DNA of 64,000 nt, taken from assembly GCA_963769935.1 (NCBI GenBank), contig CAVYNY010000022.1:416001-480000 (forward strand). The letters run 5' to 3'. Source of the stretch: an uncultured delta proteobacterium (GTDB taxonomy: Bacteria > Desulfobacterota > Desulfobacteria > Desulfobacterales > JAFDCJ01). This document shows, in pieces, positions 40,843 through 50,582 of the stretch (the first letter of the stretch is position 1; every line of letters starts with the position of its first letter). The notes beneath the pieces were generated by a model. It saw nothing but the letters and a program-made list of their open reading frames with translations, ran no database searches and was not told the DNA's origin. The translations under genes were made by a program, and so were the position numbers.

Positions 40843-41097
40843 ATGAAAATGGATCCGAAAAATTTCATGTATGCGCACCGAAGGAATCCGGCCGGACCGA
40901 AAACAGCAGATGCGTACGAGGAATTCGACGCTACAGAGCTGTATTGTCAGCGCTGTAAACAGGCTGTTCCGGTTCGCAAGCGTCTGCTTCTGGTACTGCC
41001 GGAAGGAGACAAATATGAATACCTGTGCGCCTTCTGCTCGGCAACAGTCGGAACCAAGATGGATCGTCACGTTAAGCCGATTTCTCTGATTGTCTGA
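40843..41097 (+). CDS. Small zinc-ribbon-like protein
   Basis: ATELYCQRCKQAVPVRKRLLLVLPEGDKYEYLCAFC (CxxC...CxxC). Confidence 0.75.
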   Translation: MKMDPKNFMYAHRRNPAGPKTADAYEEFDATELYCQRCKQAVPVRKRLLLVLPEGDKYEYLCAFCSATVGTKMDRHVKPISLIV

Positions 41098-41251
41098 TTT
41101 CCGTTCCCGCACTTCAGCCGGAAGGGGCCGGACTCAGAGCTACTTGGCGTTTTTAAAGTTAAGTTGTGCATTTTGGAACAAATAGTTTATACACGGACTG
41201 CCGAAGCAAATCCATCGAAAAGGAAGCAGTCCTGGCGGAGAAAGGAATTTT

Positions 41252-43147
41252 ATGCTCAGTTTAATGCGCAAACATGCAGGAAGTTGGATGATAAAATTAT
41301 TGTTGGGGGGCCTTGCAATAACTTTTATCTCCTGGGGAGGGTATCAATACAGTTCACAGCGGGCGAGCCGGGTGGCTTTGGTCAATGGTGAAACGATTAC
41401 GATTGCAGAATACAATTCAGCTTACAATCGTCTGATGGATCAGGTGCGGCAGAGTTTCGGCAACAGTTTAAATGATGAACTGCTCAAAAATCTGCAATTG
41501 GAACACAAGGCCCTGGATCAACTCGTTGATAATATTCTCATGCGTCAGGCGGCCTCGGAACTGGGCATACGAGTAACCGATCAAGATCTATCCCGATCCA
41601 TCCGGAGTATCGGCGCCTTTCAGGAGGCCGGTGTTTTTAATCCCCGCCGGTATCAATTGGTCCTGGATCGGAACAATCTGACCCCTAAGACCTTTGAAGT
41701 AAATCAAAGAGACGCTTTGCTGATACAGAAGTTAAACAATTTTATCACCGGCAGCGTCAAAGTGTCGGACGAGGAAACCAGCGAGTGGTTTAAGTGGAAT
41801 AATGCCATGCTCGATTTAAACTATTATTTGCTGGCGGCCGATCGCTATAAAGATATTTCTGTGACAGACGCGGAAATGCAGCAATATTTTGAGGCCCACA
41901 AAGATGATTATAAAACCGAGCCTGCGATAAAAGTACACTACCTGAAGTTCGATCCAAAAAACTATGTCGCACAGGTTAAAATCCCCGATGACGAGATCAG
42001 CGCCTATTATGACGAACATCCCAGCGAGTTTCAAAAACCGAAGACTGTTGAGGCCCGCCATATTTTAATAAAAGTCGACCCGAATGCCAGCCCCGAGGAA
42101 GTGGCCAAAGCCAAGGAGCGCATAGAAAGCATTTGGCAAAAGGCCAAAGACGGTCAGGATTTCGCAGAACTGGCCAAGCAGTACTCCGAAGGACCCAGCA
42201 AGGACAAAGGTGGTTACCTGGGAACTTTCCGACGGGAGGCAATGGTTAAGCCCTTTTCGGACAAGGCCTTTTCCATGAAAGCCGGCGAGATCAGCGATCC
42301 GATTAGGACCCAATTCGGCTGGCATATCATAAAAGTTGAAAAAGTGAATGAAGCGACAACGACGTCACTGGCCGACGCCAAGGCCGACATTCGCAAAAAG
42401 CTGGCGGACGAACGTGCCAAAAACATTGCCTACGATACTGCCGAATCGATTTATGATGCCGTTTTTCAGGGTGGTCGCCTGGATGCTATTGCAGCCGAGA
42501 ACAACCTAACCCTGCACACGACCGACTTTTTTACCCGCCAGAACCCGCCCGCGGATGTGGAGAAAAAGGCGGAATTTGCAAAAGTGGCATTTGAACTGCC
42601 CGAAGGCGAGAGCAGCGAAGTTCAGGATTTAGGCGACGGATATTATATTTTGGAGGTAATTGATAAACGTCCGGCCCAGATACCCGAATTTAAAACGATC
42701 GAACAAAAAGTCCGGGCCGATCTTATAAAAGAAAAACAAACTGAAAAGGCTAAGGCGGATGCCGAAGCCGTGCTGTCTGCACTAAAGAAGGGTGCCGCCT
42801 TTCAGGAGGCCGGCCGGCAATTTGATCTCAAAGCCCAGAGTACCGGTTTTTTCAAGCGCGATGAGGCTATACCGAATATCGGCTATGAAAGCGATATATC
42901 GCGGGCGGCTTTCGACCTGTCGGATAAAAACAAACTGCCCGGGGAGGTTTTAAAAGGCCGCAAAGGCTATTATGTGATTGAATTCGCCCAGAGAAAAGAA
43001 CCCGACATGGCAGCGTTTGAAAAGGAAAAGACTGATATCCAGGAGCGGCTGTTGCAGCAGAAAAGGTTTATGACTTTTGAGGCCTGGCTGGAGCAAATTA
43101 AAAATCGCAGCGAGATTGTCATCGAGAAAGATTTTTTAAAAAGCTAA
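41252..43147 (+). CDS. ppiD: PpiD/SurA-family periplasmic folding chaperone with parvulin domain
   Basis: N-terminal TM, VALVNGETI, ARHILIK, FAELAKQYSE..GGYLG, PIRTQFGWHIIKV. Confidence 0.88.
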   Translation: MLSLMRKHAGSWMIKLLLGGLAITFISWGGYQYSSQRASRVALVNGETITIAEYNSAYNRLMDQVRQSFGNSLNDELLKNLQLEHKALDQLVDNILMRQAASELGIRVTDQDLSRSIRSIGAFQEAGVFNPRRYQLVLDRNNLTPKTFEVNQRDALLIQKLNNFITGSVKVSDEETSEWFKWNNAMLDLNYYLLAADRYKDISVTDAEMQQYFEAHKDDYKTEPAIKVHYLKFDPKNYVAQVKIPDDEISAYYDEHPSEFQKPKTVEARHILIKVDPNASPEEVAKAKERIESIWQKAKDGQDFAELAKQYSEGPSKDKGGYLGTFRREAMVKPFSDKAFSMKAGEISDPIRTQFGWHIIKVEKVNEATTTSLADAKADIRKKLADERAKNIAYDTAESIYDAVFQGGRLDAIAAENNLTLHTTDFFTRQNPPADVEKKAEFAKVAFELPEGESSEVQDLGDGYYILEVIDKRPAQIPEFKTIEQKVRADLIKEKQTEKAKADAEAVLSALKKGAAFQEAGRQFDLKAQSTGFFKRDEAIPNIGYESDISRAAFDLSDKNKLPGEVLKGRKGYYVIEFAQRKEPDMAAFEKEKTDIQERLLQQKRFMTFEAWLEQIKNRSEIVIEKDFLKS

Positions 43148-43190
43148 CGGATGATAAATAAAAATCTTAGCGTTTGTTCAGGAGGACCGC

Positions 43191-43439
43191 ATGGTTGACC
43201 CTGAAAACTTGACTCACCGCTCCAAATCGGAAACTGACTATGCCACAAAGAAATGTCCGAATTGCTACACCTACCTGCCGCTGCATGCCAGGGTTTGCAC
43301 ATCCTGTCATGCGCGGGTCGGTGATGTGGATAAGCTGGGCTTCGCACAGAAACCATTCGATTGGAGGGCTTATCTGCTGGCCGCGCTTACGATGGCGGGG
43401 TTTGCTATTTTTATGTGGTGGGCCTTTTTTCGGGATTAG
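43191..43439 (+). CDS. Small zinc-ribbon protein with C-terminal TM helix
   Basis: AGGAGG RBS; KCPNC...CTSC followed by a hydrophobic helix. Confidence 0.75.
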   Translation: MVDPENLTHRSKSETDYATKKCPNCYTYLPLHARVCTSCHARVGDVDKLGFAQKPFDWRAYLLAALTMAGFAIFMWWAFFRD

Positions 43440-43450
43440 CGCAGGCTGGA

Positions 43451-43505
43451 AATTGAATATTGAAGATTGCTGATTGAATATTTAAGGTATTCTGTCTGTT
43501 TTTTT
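43451..43505. repeat. ATTGAAT 7-bp repeat arm plus core motif (family F)
   Basis: aattgaatattgaagattgctgattgaatatttaaggtattctgtc; related copies at 44228-44305, 52795-52850 and 61495-61572. Confidence 0.75.
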
Positions 43506-43545
43506 ATCACAAGGCCTGTGAGAGAAAAGGATTCGGCGTTCCCTC

Positions 43546-44214
43546 TTACCTTGCCAACATGGCCCGCATTATATCACCTGCATTTTCAGCATGATCGGCG
43601 ATGGCACCGATGGCCTCGGCCAACCTGATCGTGTGATAAACCGTGACGGCATCGATTCGCATTTTCAGTACCTTGGCCTTGATCGCATCCTCAACGTTGT
43701 CGGCATTGTGCTCATGCCGACGCAATGCCTGAATGATGTCTTTGATCACCAGGCGCTGCTTTTCGGAGAAATTTTTAAAATATTTTCGGGCTTCGGATAC
43801 CATCTGGCACATTTCCTCCACTGGATCCAAAACGGCATCCACCAGCAAAAAAAAATCTTTTTCAAGCTCCCGGGGGATGCCGGGATCAGATCTGAAGGCG
43901 AGCCAATCGAGCGCCTCTTCAACCGCATCGAGCACCTTATCCTGTTCGTGAAGATACCGAAACAGCTCAAATTTATTTACCACCATCAGCGTCCCTTTGG
44001 GTAGATGGTCCCGAATGCGCAGTTTAATGGCATCGGCTTCACTTTCCAGCTTATCGACCTCAGACCGGTATTGTTCAAAGATTTCACATTGGTCGTTTAA
44101 ATGACATTCGATGGCTTGTTGAAAGGCCCAGGCGCACTCTTTTATCTTTTCGGCATGCTCCAGCAGTCCCTCAAACGGCGATGACATAAAAGCTGAAACG
44201 AACGGTATGCGCAT
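43546..44214 (-). CDS. DUF47 / PhoU-like phosphate transport regulator
   Basis: SPFEGLLEHAEKI, ESEADAIKLRIRDHLP, QDKVLD, IADHAENAGD. Confidence 0.88.
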   Translation of the reverse strand: MRIPFVSAFMSSPFEGLLEHAEKIKECAWAFQQAIECHLNDQCEIFEQYRSEVDKLESEADAIKLRIRDHLPKGTLMVVNKFELFRYLHEQDKVLDAVEEALDWLAFRSDPGIPRELEKDFFLLVDAVLDPVEEMCQMVSEARKYFKNFSEKQRLVIKDIIQALRRHEHNADNVEDAIKAKVLKMRIDAVTVYHTIRLAEAIGAIADHAENAGDIMRAMLAR

Positions 44215-44227
44215 AGTCCCCCCTTTG

Positions 44228-44305
44228 GATTGAGAGTTGAAAATTGAAAATTGAATAGCTAAGGAATCGGTTCGAATATCAGCTTAATATACAATATTCA
44301 ATTCT
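44228..44305. repeat. Family F element (ATTGAA. arm, short inverted arm)
   Basis: gattgagagttgaaaattgaaaattgaatagctaaggaatc...aatatacaatattcaattc. Confidence 0.65.
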
Positions 44306-44332
44306 TGACCTCAAGTCCTGGCCGGATGTGGT

Positions 44333-46300
44333 TCAGAATATACGTCGGGCGGAATGTTTTTCGAGGATGTCGGGCGGCATCATATCGATGAAACGCGATG
44401 GGCGATTCAGCAACAGCCCCAGACTGCGGTCATACACATCGCAGGGATAGATGAAAAATAGGTTTTCGCGAGCCCGGGTTGCGGCAACATACATCAGACG
44501 CAGTTCCTCTTCCAGATCTTCTTCCTTTTGCAGGGCATGGGAGGAGGGAAAGCGTCCGTCCAGCGCCCAGATGATAAAGACGGTGTCCCATTCAAGGCCT
44601 TTGGCCGAATGGATCGTGGAAAGAACCAGGCGATCTTCCGCCGGCGTTTCAGCTGCAAGGGTGTCGCCGATGCTGGTATTGGGAGGCTCTAATGCCATAT
44701 CGGTTAAAAACTGCTCGAGATTGCGGTAGCGTTCCATAATGGTCAGCAACTGTTCCAGATCTTTGGCCCGTTTGGGATGGTCATCATAGCGTTCTTTTAA
44801 AATGGGTAAATAATAGTCGATTACGGCTTCTCCCATTTTTTCCAGCGGCAGCGGATGGGTGTCGATGGTTGAGAAAAGATCTTTAAGCCGCTGGAGGCCT
44901 GCTGCTGCCACAACCTTCGATTTTAAAGACAAAAGTCCGGTGTAGCCGGATGCTTCATTTTTAATGGCGTCATAGATTTTTTGGGCGGTTGCCGGCCCGA
45001 TCTTTTCGATAAGCAAAAGAATTCTATACCAGCTGATGCGGTCGAGCGGGTTTTCGATCACCCGCAGGTGAGCCAACACGTCTTTTATGTGCGCGGATTC
45101 GACGAATTTGAATCCACCTACTTTAATAAACGGCAGGTGCTCACGATTCAGCTCAATTTCAAGGTCAAAGGAGTGATAGCCTGCCCGGAACAAAACGGCC
45201 ATATGATTGAGTGCAATTCCCTGCCGACATAGCTCACCGATCTTGTTTACGACATAGAGCGATTGGTCATTTTCATCCCGGGCTTCGATCAAAGCCGGTA
45301 TCGAACCGCCCGATTTTCTGGTAAACAGCTTCTTGGAATATTTTTCTTTGGCCTGTTCGATCATGATGTTGGTCAGATTCAAAATGGGTTGAACGCTGCG
45401 GTAGTTTTCTTCCAGCGTAATGGTGCGGGTGCCGGGAAACATCTCGGGAAACTGCATAATATTTCGGAAGTTGGCCCCCCGGAAGGCATAAATACTCTGA
45501 GAATCATCGCCGACGACCATGATGTTATTGTTAGCGCCGGTCAGCAGATACAGTATTTCAGCCTGAATTTTATTCGTGTCCTGGTATTCATCGACCATCA
45601 CATAGCGATAAGTGGAAGCAATACGACTGCGGATATCCGGATGGTTTTTTAAAAGCTGCATCAGATATACCAGCAGATCGTCAAAATCAAAAAAATTATT
45701 TTGGCTTTTATACTGGCGGTAGGAATTAAAAATACTTTTTATTGCTTCCAGTTCAGCGGTCAGGTGGGGATAGTCGTCATAGACCACATCTTCGATGGTT
45801 ATCATTTTGTTGACGGCCCGGCTGAAGATATTGGCCAGTGTATGCTTGCGCGGCAGTGAGCGGATCTGCGCGGTGGTAGATATTTCTTTGCGCAGCAGGC
45901 TTATCAGCGCTTCCGAATCCGCCCGATCCAAAATGGCGAAATTGGAATCTGATCCCAGTGCATAAGCATTTTTCCGTAAGATCAGATTGCCGAAGGAATG
46001 GAAGGTGCCTCCGGCAACATTTTCGCACCGGTGATCCAGCAGATCGGCGGCCCTTTGCAGCATTTGCTGGGCGGCTTTGCGCGTAAAAGTCAGCAGAAGA
46101 ATGGAAGACGGTGCAACCCCTTCCTCCACCAGCCGGGCGACGCGGTAAGTCAGGGTGCGTGTTTTACCGCTGCCGGCCCCTGCAATCACAAGCACCGGGC
46201 CTTCGGAGGTTGTGACCGCTTCAAACTGGGAAGCGTTGAGCTGCGCTTCATATTGGATGCGAAATTTGCTGCTATTGGAATGAGTAAAGTGCTGTGGCAT
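44333..46300 (-). CDS. UvrD/Rep/PcrA-family DNA helicase
   Basis: AGAGSGKT, TFTRKAA, VDEYQDTN, VGDDSQSIYAFRGA, NYRS, TIHSAKGLEW, YVAATRA. Confidence 0.95.
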   Translation of the reverse strand: MPQHFTHSNSSKFRIQYEAQLNASQFEAVTTSEGPVLVIAGAGSGKTRTLTYRVARLVEEGVAPSSILLLTFTRKAAQQMLQRAADLLDHRCENVAGGTFHSFGNLILRKNAYALGSDSNFAILDRADSEALISLLRKEISTTAQIRSLPRKHTLANIFSRAVNKMITIEDVVYDDYPHLTAELEAIKSIFNSYRQYKSQNNFFDFDDLLVYLMQLLKNHPDIRSRIASTYRYVMVDEYQDTNKIQAEILYLLTGANNNIMVVGDDSQSIYAFRGANFRNIMQFPEMFPGTRTITLEENYRSVQPILNLTNIMIEQAKEKYSKKLFTRKSGGSIPALIEARDENDQSLYVVNKIGELCRQGIALNHMAVLFRAGYHSFDLEIELNREHLPFIKVGGFKFVESAHIKDVLAHLRVIENPLDRISWYRILLLIEKIGPATAQKIYDAIKNEASGYTGLLSLKSKVVAAAGLQRLKDLFSTIDTHPLPLEKMGEAVIDYYLPILKERYDDHPKRAKDLEQLLTIMERYRNLEQFLTDMALEPPNTSIGDTLAAETPAEDRLVLSTIHSAKGLEWDTVFIIWALDGRFPSSHALQKEEDLEEELRLMYVAATRARENLFFIYPCDVYDRSLGLLLNRPSRFIDMMPPDILEKHSARRIF

Positions 46301-46460
46301 ATTGATTTTTCTTTCATATTTACCGGCCCTTGTCAACCGGCGTTATAATATCTTATTCTTCCTGCTCCAATGTTGACTTTCCAACCCCAATGTATTAGTT
46401 TTCAAAAAGACCTAAGCACAGAAGGGTTTTATGAAGTAATAGTAAAAGGAGGGTCTGTCC

Positions 46461-46799
46461 ATGAAGAAGTTGCAAAATCAATTAAAAACAGTCTCCAAGT
46501 CGCTGGCCGCACTTTCCAGACAGGTGGAAAAAATTTCTCAACAGGTCAATCAAGCACAACCAGCCAAAAAAGCTGCTCCGGCGGGCAAGCCGGCTGCAAA
46601 TAAAGCCGCACCGGCGGGTGGCAAAACCGTGCTGGACTCGGTATATGATGTTATCATGCGTTCCAAGAAAGGCGCTACAGTTGCCCAATTGAAAGAGAAG
46701 ACAAAATTAGACGCCCGGCAGTTGAGCAACGCGCTTTACAAGCTGTCAAAAAAAGGCCAGGTTTACGCTAAATCTCGGGGACTGTACGTAAAAAAGTAA
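46461..46799 (+). CDS. Small basic protein: coiled coil, PAKKAAP linker, probable winged helix
   Basis: AAAGGAGG RBS, upstream TTGACT-17-TAGTTT, Lys/Ala-rich sequence, LSNALYKLSKKGQVYAKSRGLY. Confidence 0.8.
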   Translation: MKKLQNQLKTVSKSLAALSRQVEKISQQVNQAQPAKKAAPAGKPAANKAAPAGGKTVLDSVYDVIMRSKKGATVAQLKEKTKLDARQLSNALYKLSKKGQVYAKSRGLYVKK

Positions 46800-46831
46800 T
46801 ATCTTCAAAAACCGTACCACCGTCATTGGAC

Positions 46832-46888
46832 AAAAAATAGTCTTCCGGCCTTTCTTCATTTTCCCGAGGCAGAAGGCTATTTTTTTTA
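46832..46888 (+). terminator. Probable intrinsic terminator
   Basis: aaaaaatagtcttc...gaaggctatttttttt inverted repeat. Confidence 0.55.
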
Positions 46889-47294
46889 TGGAGACATTAA
46901 AAAGTTTGGGGCTTTTATACTGAAAGCGGGACCCAGCCTTGGGTTTGCGCCACTGATTTCGCCTGTAAGCCAAAAAGTAGTAAATCAGCTTACGGCACCC
47001 TGGATAATCACCCTCAAAGCCAAATTGTAAGCATCACTCCTTTTTCTCCATCCGGCATTCAATCCCGACGGTTTGCGATTCCTACCCGATGGCATTACCG
47101 TATTTCCCAGGCTCATCCCATAATCATGCAAGTTAAATCAAAAACTCATGATCCAACCGATCCCTTCGGAATTAACCTCTAAATCCTTCAGGGGTTACAT
47201 ATACCATTTTAGAGTGAATTGCAATTGTCTGTTGCTTATTTTTGATTCATTTGGTAAGCAAAAAAGTTTATGTACCTTGAGGAAAGGAGCGCCG

Positions 47295-48674
47295 ATGAGC
47301 AACGAGATGACTGCGGCAAATCCATTGGGTAAAATATGGGATTTTTTTGCTTCGGTAAAACTGACCATCGTTTTGCTTTTGAGTCTGGCCGCAACTTCAA
47401 TTGTCGGTACACTGATACCGCAAAACGAAGATCCGCAAGCCTATTATCAAACATTCGGGGGAGTTTTATACCGGTTTTTCAGCCTTCTTGATCTTTTTGA
47501 TATGTATCACTCATGGTGGTTCCAACTGCTGATCGTTATGTTGGCTACCAATGTTATCATCTGCTCGATCGACCGCATGTCGGCCAATCGCCGGATTTTG
47601 TTTGTGCGCCGTCCTGCTTTTAACCCAGCTAGATTCAGAAATCTCAAACGCAGGAAAATAACTATCGATCATCGCACCCCTGAACAGTTAAAAGAAGCGT
47701 ATCACCCCTTAATATCGCGCCGTTTTCGCCACAGCCGGGTTGAAACCCTGCAAGACGGAATTGCCATCTACGGCGAAAAGGGCCGCTGGACGCGCTTCGG
47801 CGTTTACACGGTCCATTTGAGTGTGGTCATATTGCTCATCGGTGGTTTGATCGGCTCCATTTTTGGCTTTGATGGCTTCGTCAATATTGCCGAGGGTGAG
47901 AGCGTCCAGCGTATCCGACTGCGAAATAGCTCCCAGACGGTCATGCTTGATTTCGCGGTCCGCTGCGATGATTTTAATGTGAGTTTTTATGAAAACGGGG
48001 TCCCCAAAGAGTTCCGGTCAAGTTTAACCATCCTGGAAGGGGGGCGTCCGATTCTGCATAAAGACATCATCGTCAATGACCCGCTGCGTTATAAGGGGAT
48101 CAGTTTTTATCAGTCCAGTTACGGGAGCCTTCCATCAAATGAGGTGATATTAAGCCTTACAAGTAAAAAAACAGGCAGAATCTACACCCAGAAAGCCAGG
48201 GTGGGTCAGCCGATCCAACTACCGGAAAAGCTAGGGACTTTCATAATCAATGATTTTCAACAATCCGCTGATTTCAAGGGCCACAATATCGGAGAGGCGT
48301 TTGTCGGCACGCTGACGCCGCCCGATAGGGATCCGATTAAGGTACTTCTGCCCCTGCGTTTTCCCAGTTTCGACAAAATGCGCCAAGGCGATGTGGTCAT
48401 AGCTGTGGAGAAGTATGTGCCGCGATTTTACACCGGGCTGCAGGTCGCCAAAGATCCCGGAGTGTGGGTCGTTTACGCCGGGTTCATTTTAATGATCGTC
48501 GGCTGCTATATAACCTTTTTTATGTCCCACCAACAAATCTGCCTGGAGTTGACGACCGATGGGCAAACGACGTGCGTTGCCGTTGCCGGAACCGCCAATA
48601 AGAATAAAACGGGAATGCAAACCAGAGTCGAACGAATAGCGGCGGAGCTCAGCAGATTGGCGCATGATGCCTAA
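47295..48674 (+). CDS. resB: Cytochrome c biogenesis protein ResB/Ccs1 (system II)
   Basis: FASVKLTIVLL..GTLIPQ, MYHSWWF, VHLSVVILLIGG, VNDPLRYKG, YTGLQVAKDPGVWVVYAG. Confidence 0.93.
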   Translation: MSNEMTAANPLGKIWDFFASVKLTIVLLLSLAATSIVGTLIPQNEDPQAYYQTFGGVLYRFFSLLDLFDMYHSWWFQLLIVMLATNVIICSIDRMSANRRILFVRRPAFNPARFRNLKRRKITIDHRTPEQLKEAYHPLISRRFRHSRVETLQDGIAIYGEKGRWTRFGVYTVHLSVVILLIGGLIGSIFGFDGFVNIAEGESVQRIRLRNSSQTVMLDFAVRCDDFNVSFYENGVPKEFRSSLTILEGGRPILHKDIIVNDPLRYKGISFYQSSYGSLPSNEVILSLTSKKTGRIYTQKARVGQPIQLPEKLGTFIINDFQQSADFKGHNIGEAFVGTLTPPDRDPIKVLLPLRFPSFDKMRQGDVVIAVEKYVPRFYTGLQVAKDPGVWVVYAGFILMIVGCYITFFMSHQQICLELTTDGQTTCVAVAGTANKNKTGMQTRVERIAAELSRLAHDA

Positions 48675-48685
48675 TGGGACCCGAA

Positions 48686-48723
48686 ACAGAGAGCAGAGGG
48701 CAGAGAGCATAGGGTATAGAGCC
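48686..48723. repeat. 7-bp tandem repeat arm (GCAGAG. / GCATAG.)
   Basis: acagagagcagagggcagagagcatagggtatagagcc between resB and ccsA. Confidence 0.6.
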
Positions 48724-48797
48724 AAAGTCGGGGAAAAACTCACAGTCGGTGTATAACCGGTTGAACAAAACTAATTGCGGAGGAAAAGGATTATATA

Positions 48798-49637
48798 ATG
48801 AATAGTTCCGGGGTATTATCAATTACCACCTTTATTTACGGTCTGGCTGGATTCAGCTATATCTTTGCCTGGGTATTCAAGAAACAACTTGCAGGCAAGC
48901 TGGCCACCTGGATCGCCTTGGCAGGGTTGGCCGGCAATATCCTCGGTATCGTGATGCGTTGGGTGGAATCTTACCAGATGGGCTTCGGTCATGCACCTTT
49001 ATCCAATTTGTACGAGTCGCTTATATTCTTTTCCGCAACCATCGTTGTGATTTACCTCTTCATCGAGCGCAAGTATGACAATCGCGTCATCGGCGCTTTT
49101 ACCACGCCGATCGCTTTTCTGGCAATGGCTTATGCCTCTTTGTCTCCCAACATCAACGACCGCATTCAACCCCTGCTGCCGGCTTTGAAAAGCAACTGGC
49201 TGATTGCGCATGTGATTGCATGCTTTATCGGCTACGCGGCCTTTGCGATTGCTTTTGGTGTCAGCATTATGTATCTGATGAAGCGCAGAGATTCGGGTGG
49301 CCAAGGCGCTCTACTGAATCTTTTTCCCGACATCGAGGTGCTGGACGAATTGACCCACCAGCTGATCATGTTCGGCTTTCTCTTCCTGTCGGCCGGGATC
49401 ATCACCGGTGCAGTTTGGGCCAACTCCGCCTGGGGCCGTTACTGGGGCTGGGACCCCAAGGAGACCTGGTCTCTCATTACCTGGTTTGTATATGCTACCT
49501 TGCTGCATGCCCGCTTGATGCGGGGCTGGCGCGGCAAACGCATTGCGGTGCTTTCCATTGTGGGGTTCGGCGCGGTGATCTTTACTTATTTCGGCGTGAA
49601 TCTGCTGCCCGGACTGCATAGTTACGGGGCCAACTGA
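48798..49637 (+). CDS. ccsA: Cytochrome c biogenesis protein CcsA/ResC (system II)
   Basis: GHAPLSNLYES, PALKSNWLIAHV, WANSAWGRYWGWDPKETW, GLHSY. Confidence 0.95.
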   Translation: MNSSGVLSITTFIYGLAGFSYIFAWVFKKQLAGKLATWIALAGLAGNILGIVMRWVESYQMGFGHAPLSNLYESLIFFSATIVVIYLFIERKYDNRVIGAFTTPIAFLAMAYASLSPNINDRIQPLLPALKSNWLIAHVIACFIGYAAFAIAFGVSIMYLMKRRDSGGQGALLNLFPDIEVLDELTHQLIMFGFLFLSAGIITGAVWANSAWGRYWGWDPKETWSLITWFVYATLLHARLMRGWRGKRIAVLSIVGFGAVIFTYFGVNLLPGLHSYGAN

Positions 49638-49775
49638 TCTCGATTTTTGCTTGACAAAAATTGGACTGATAAGGTATTCAACCGCAGGTCATTTTAGGCA
49701 GATGGGCAGTCGACCGCACCGCCTGTCGCCATCAACATGCATTTTCATCAACAACCATTGCCGGACGGAGTGTCT

Positions 49776-50486
49776 ATGAGTACAGAGGATCAAGAAAAAA
49801 AGACTTCCTCAGAAGTCCAGGGCCAAGAACCAAACATCCTTCACAAAGACCCCGCAGCGCCGCAGCCGGGATCCGGGGCCGCAGGACCCATCACACTATT
49901 TTTCTTTATCGGGCTGGTCGCCAGCCTGGTGCTCGGATGGGTTATCTTTCCTCAATTGCTCTATTCGCAGAAAGAGCAGCCGATTCAATTCAATCATGTC
50001 CTGCACAACGAACTGGTGGATAATGGCTGTGAGAGCTGTCATTTTTTCCGGGAGGACGGCACGTATTCCGGTGTTCCGAAATTAGCCCAGTGCATAGACT
50101 GTCATGAAGAGCTGCAGGGTGAGAGCGCGGAGGAGGCAAAATTTGTCACCCAATATGTGCAGAAGGAACGCGAAGTGCCTTGGCGAGTGTACTCCCGGCA
50201 GCCGGATTGCGTGTTTTTCTCCCATGCCGCCCATGTCAAAATGGGACAAATGGACTGTGTCACGTGCCATGGCCCCATCGGCGAGTCCGAAACTTTGAGG
50301 ACCTATGAGGCCAACCGTATTACCGGTATCAGCCGGGATATCTGGGGAGCAAATATCGCCGGTTTTAAAAAGAACTCCTGGGATCGCATGAAAATGGATG
50401 ACTGCTCCGAATGTCACCAGAGAGAAAACGTGAATCAAAACAGCGTCCAGACGAAAAAAGGCGGCTGTTTTGAGTGTCACAAATAG
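49776..50486 (+). CDS. qrcA: Quinone reductase complex multiheme cytochrome c subunit
   Basis: N-terminal TM and five CxxCH motifs (CESCH, CIDCH, CVTCH, CSECH, CFECH); QPIQFNH, QPDCVFFSHAAH. Confidence 0.9.
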   Translation: MSTEDQEKKTSSEVQGQEPNILHKDPAAPQPGSGAAGPITLFFFIGLVASLVLGWVIFPQLLYSQKEQPIQFNHVLHNELVDNGCESCHFFREDGTYSGVPKLAQCIDCHEELQGESAEEAKFVTQYVQKEREVPWRVYSRQPDCVFFSHAAHVKMGQMDCVTCHGPIGESETLRTYEANRITGISRDIWGANIAGFKKNSWDRMKMDDCSECHQRENVNQNSVQTKKGGCFECHK

Positions 50487-50582
50487 ATCGGTGACCGAGC
50501 ACCAGTCGGAGAACCGGGGAGCCGATTAACCGAATAAGAAATTGAATTTTTTAGAATTAATAACTTGGACGGGGATGATTCA

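Noticed and set aside
41194..41235. GCAAATCCATCGAAA...GGAAGCAG, resembling a c-di-GMP-I riboswitch or SRP RNA loop
   Set aside because: The pairing strand of the riboswitch P1 stem and the second hairpin are missing, and the SRP CAGG internal loop is absent.
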